Position numbers and translations under genes: made by a program
IMG/VR virus record: IMGVR_UViG_3300045988_004551
Span: 1 to 5,665 of that record
DNA length: 5,665 nucleotides
From: a virus
Direction: 5' to 3' (one strand)
Shown: positions 5,573-5,665 of the stretch, piece by piece
How positions within the stretch are numbered: position 1 is the stretch's first letter
How the letters are laid out: each line of letters begins with the position of its first letter
Notes under the pieces: model-generated
Databases searched by the model: none
Told to the model about the DNA's origin: nothing
Seen by the model: the letters and a program-made list of their open reading frames with translations, nothing else

Positions 5573-5665
5573 CTTCAGGGAAACCGCAACAGCAAAGGCC
5601 ACCGAAGCCGGAGAGACCGTGAGGCGCACATACCTCTGGGAACTCAACGAGAAAGGCGAAAAGGT
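5550..5665 (+). CDS. VP3: VP3 internal scaffolding protein (5' portion, continues at window position 100)
   Basis: ATG 5550 preceded by AAAAGGAGA (about 5532-5540). The reading frame is continuous with 1..463 after circularisation. Confidence 0.88.
   Translation, partial: MAYRSVSNFRETATAKATEAGETVRRTYLWELNEKGEK
5567..5665. repeat. Terminal direct repeat, copy 2
   Basis: Exact 99-nt copy of the start of the window. Confidence 0.97.

Overview
This window is a complete, circularly permuted genome of a gokushovirus-like ssDNA phage (Microviridae, Gokushovirinae). Bases 1-99 are repeated exactly at 5567-5665, so the circular unit is about 5566 bp. The arbitrary cut falls inside the 5' end of VP3. 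Recognisable genes, in circular order, are: VP5-like nonstructural protein, VP3 (scaffold), VP1 (major capsid, 554 aa), VP2 (pilot/minor capsid, 268 aa) and VP4 (HUH rolling-circle Rep, 339 aa), followed by a strong intrinsic terminator. After it comes a ~450 nt non-coding region with alternating purine/pyrimidine DNA, DnaA-box-like sites, TGTTGAA iterons and hairpins, then an early block of tiny genes behind two consensus-like promoters. The small ORFs include a basic 39-aa DNA-binding/packaging peptide (MRGGIRL C-terminus), an unlisted 32-aa single-pass membrane miniprotein, and two or three proteins I could not assign. The family is known. The points most worth checking are the origin-like module, the hairpin between VP1 and VP2 that may bring a distant Shine-Dalgarno close to the VP2 start, the terminator-like hairpins at the start of VP4, and the membrane miniprotein as a lysis candidate. 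I see no defence system, CRISPR array, tRNA, rRNA or transposon.
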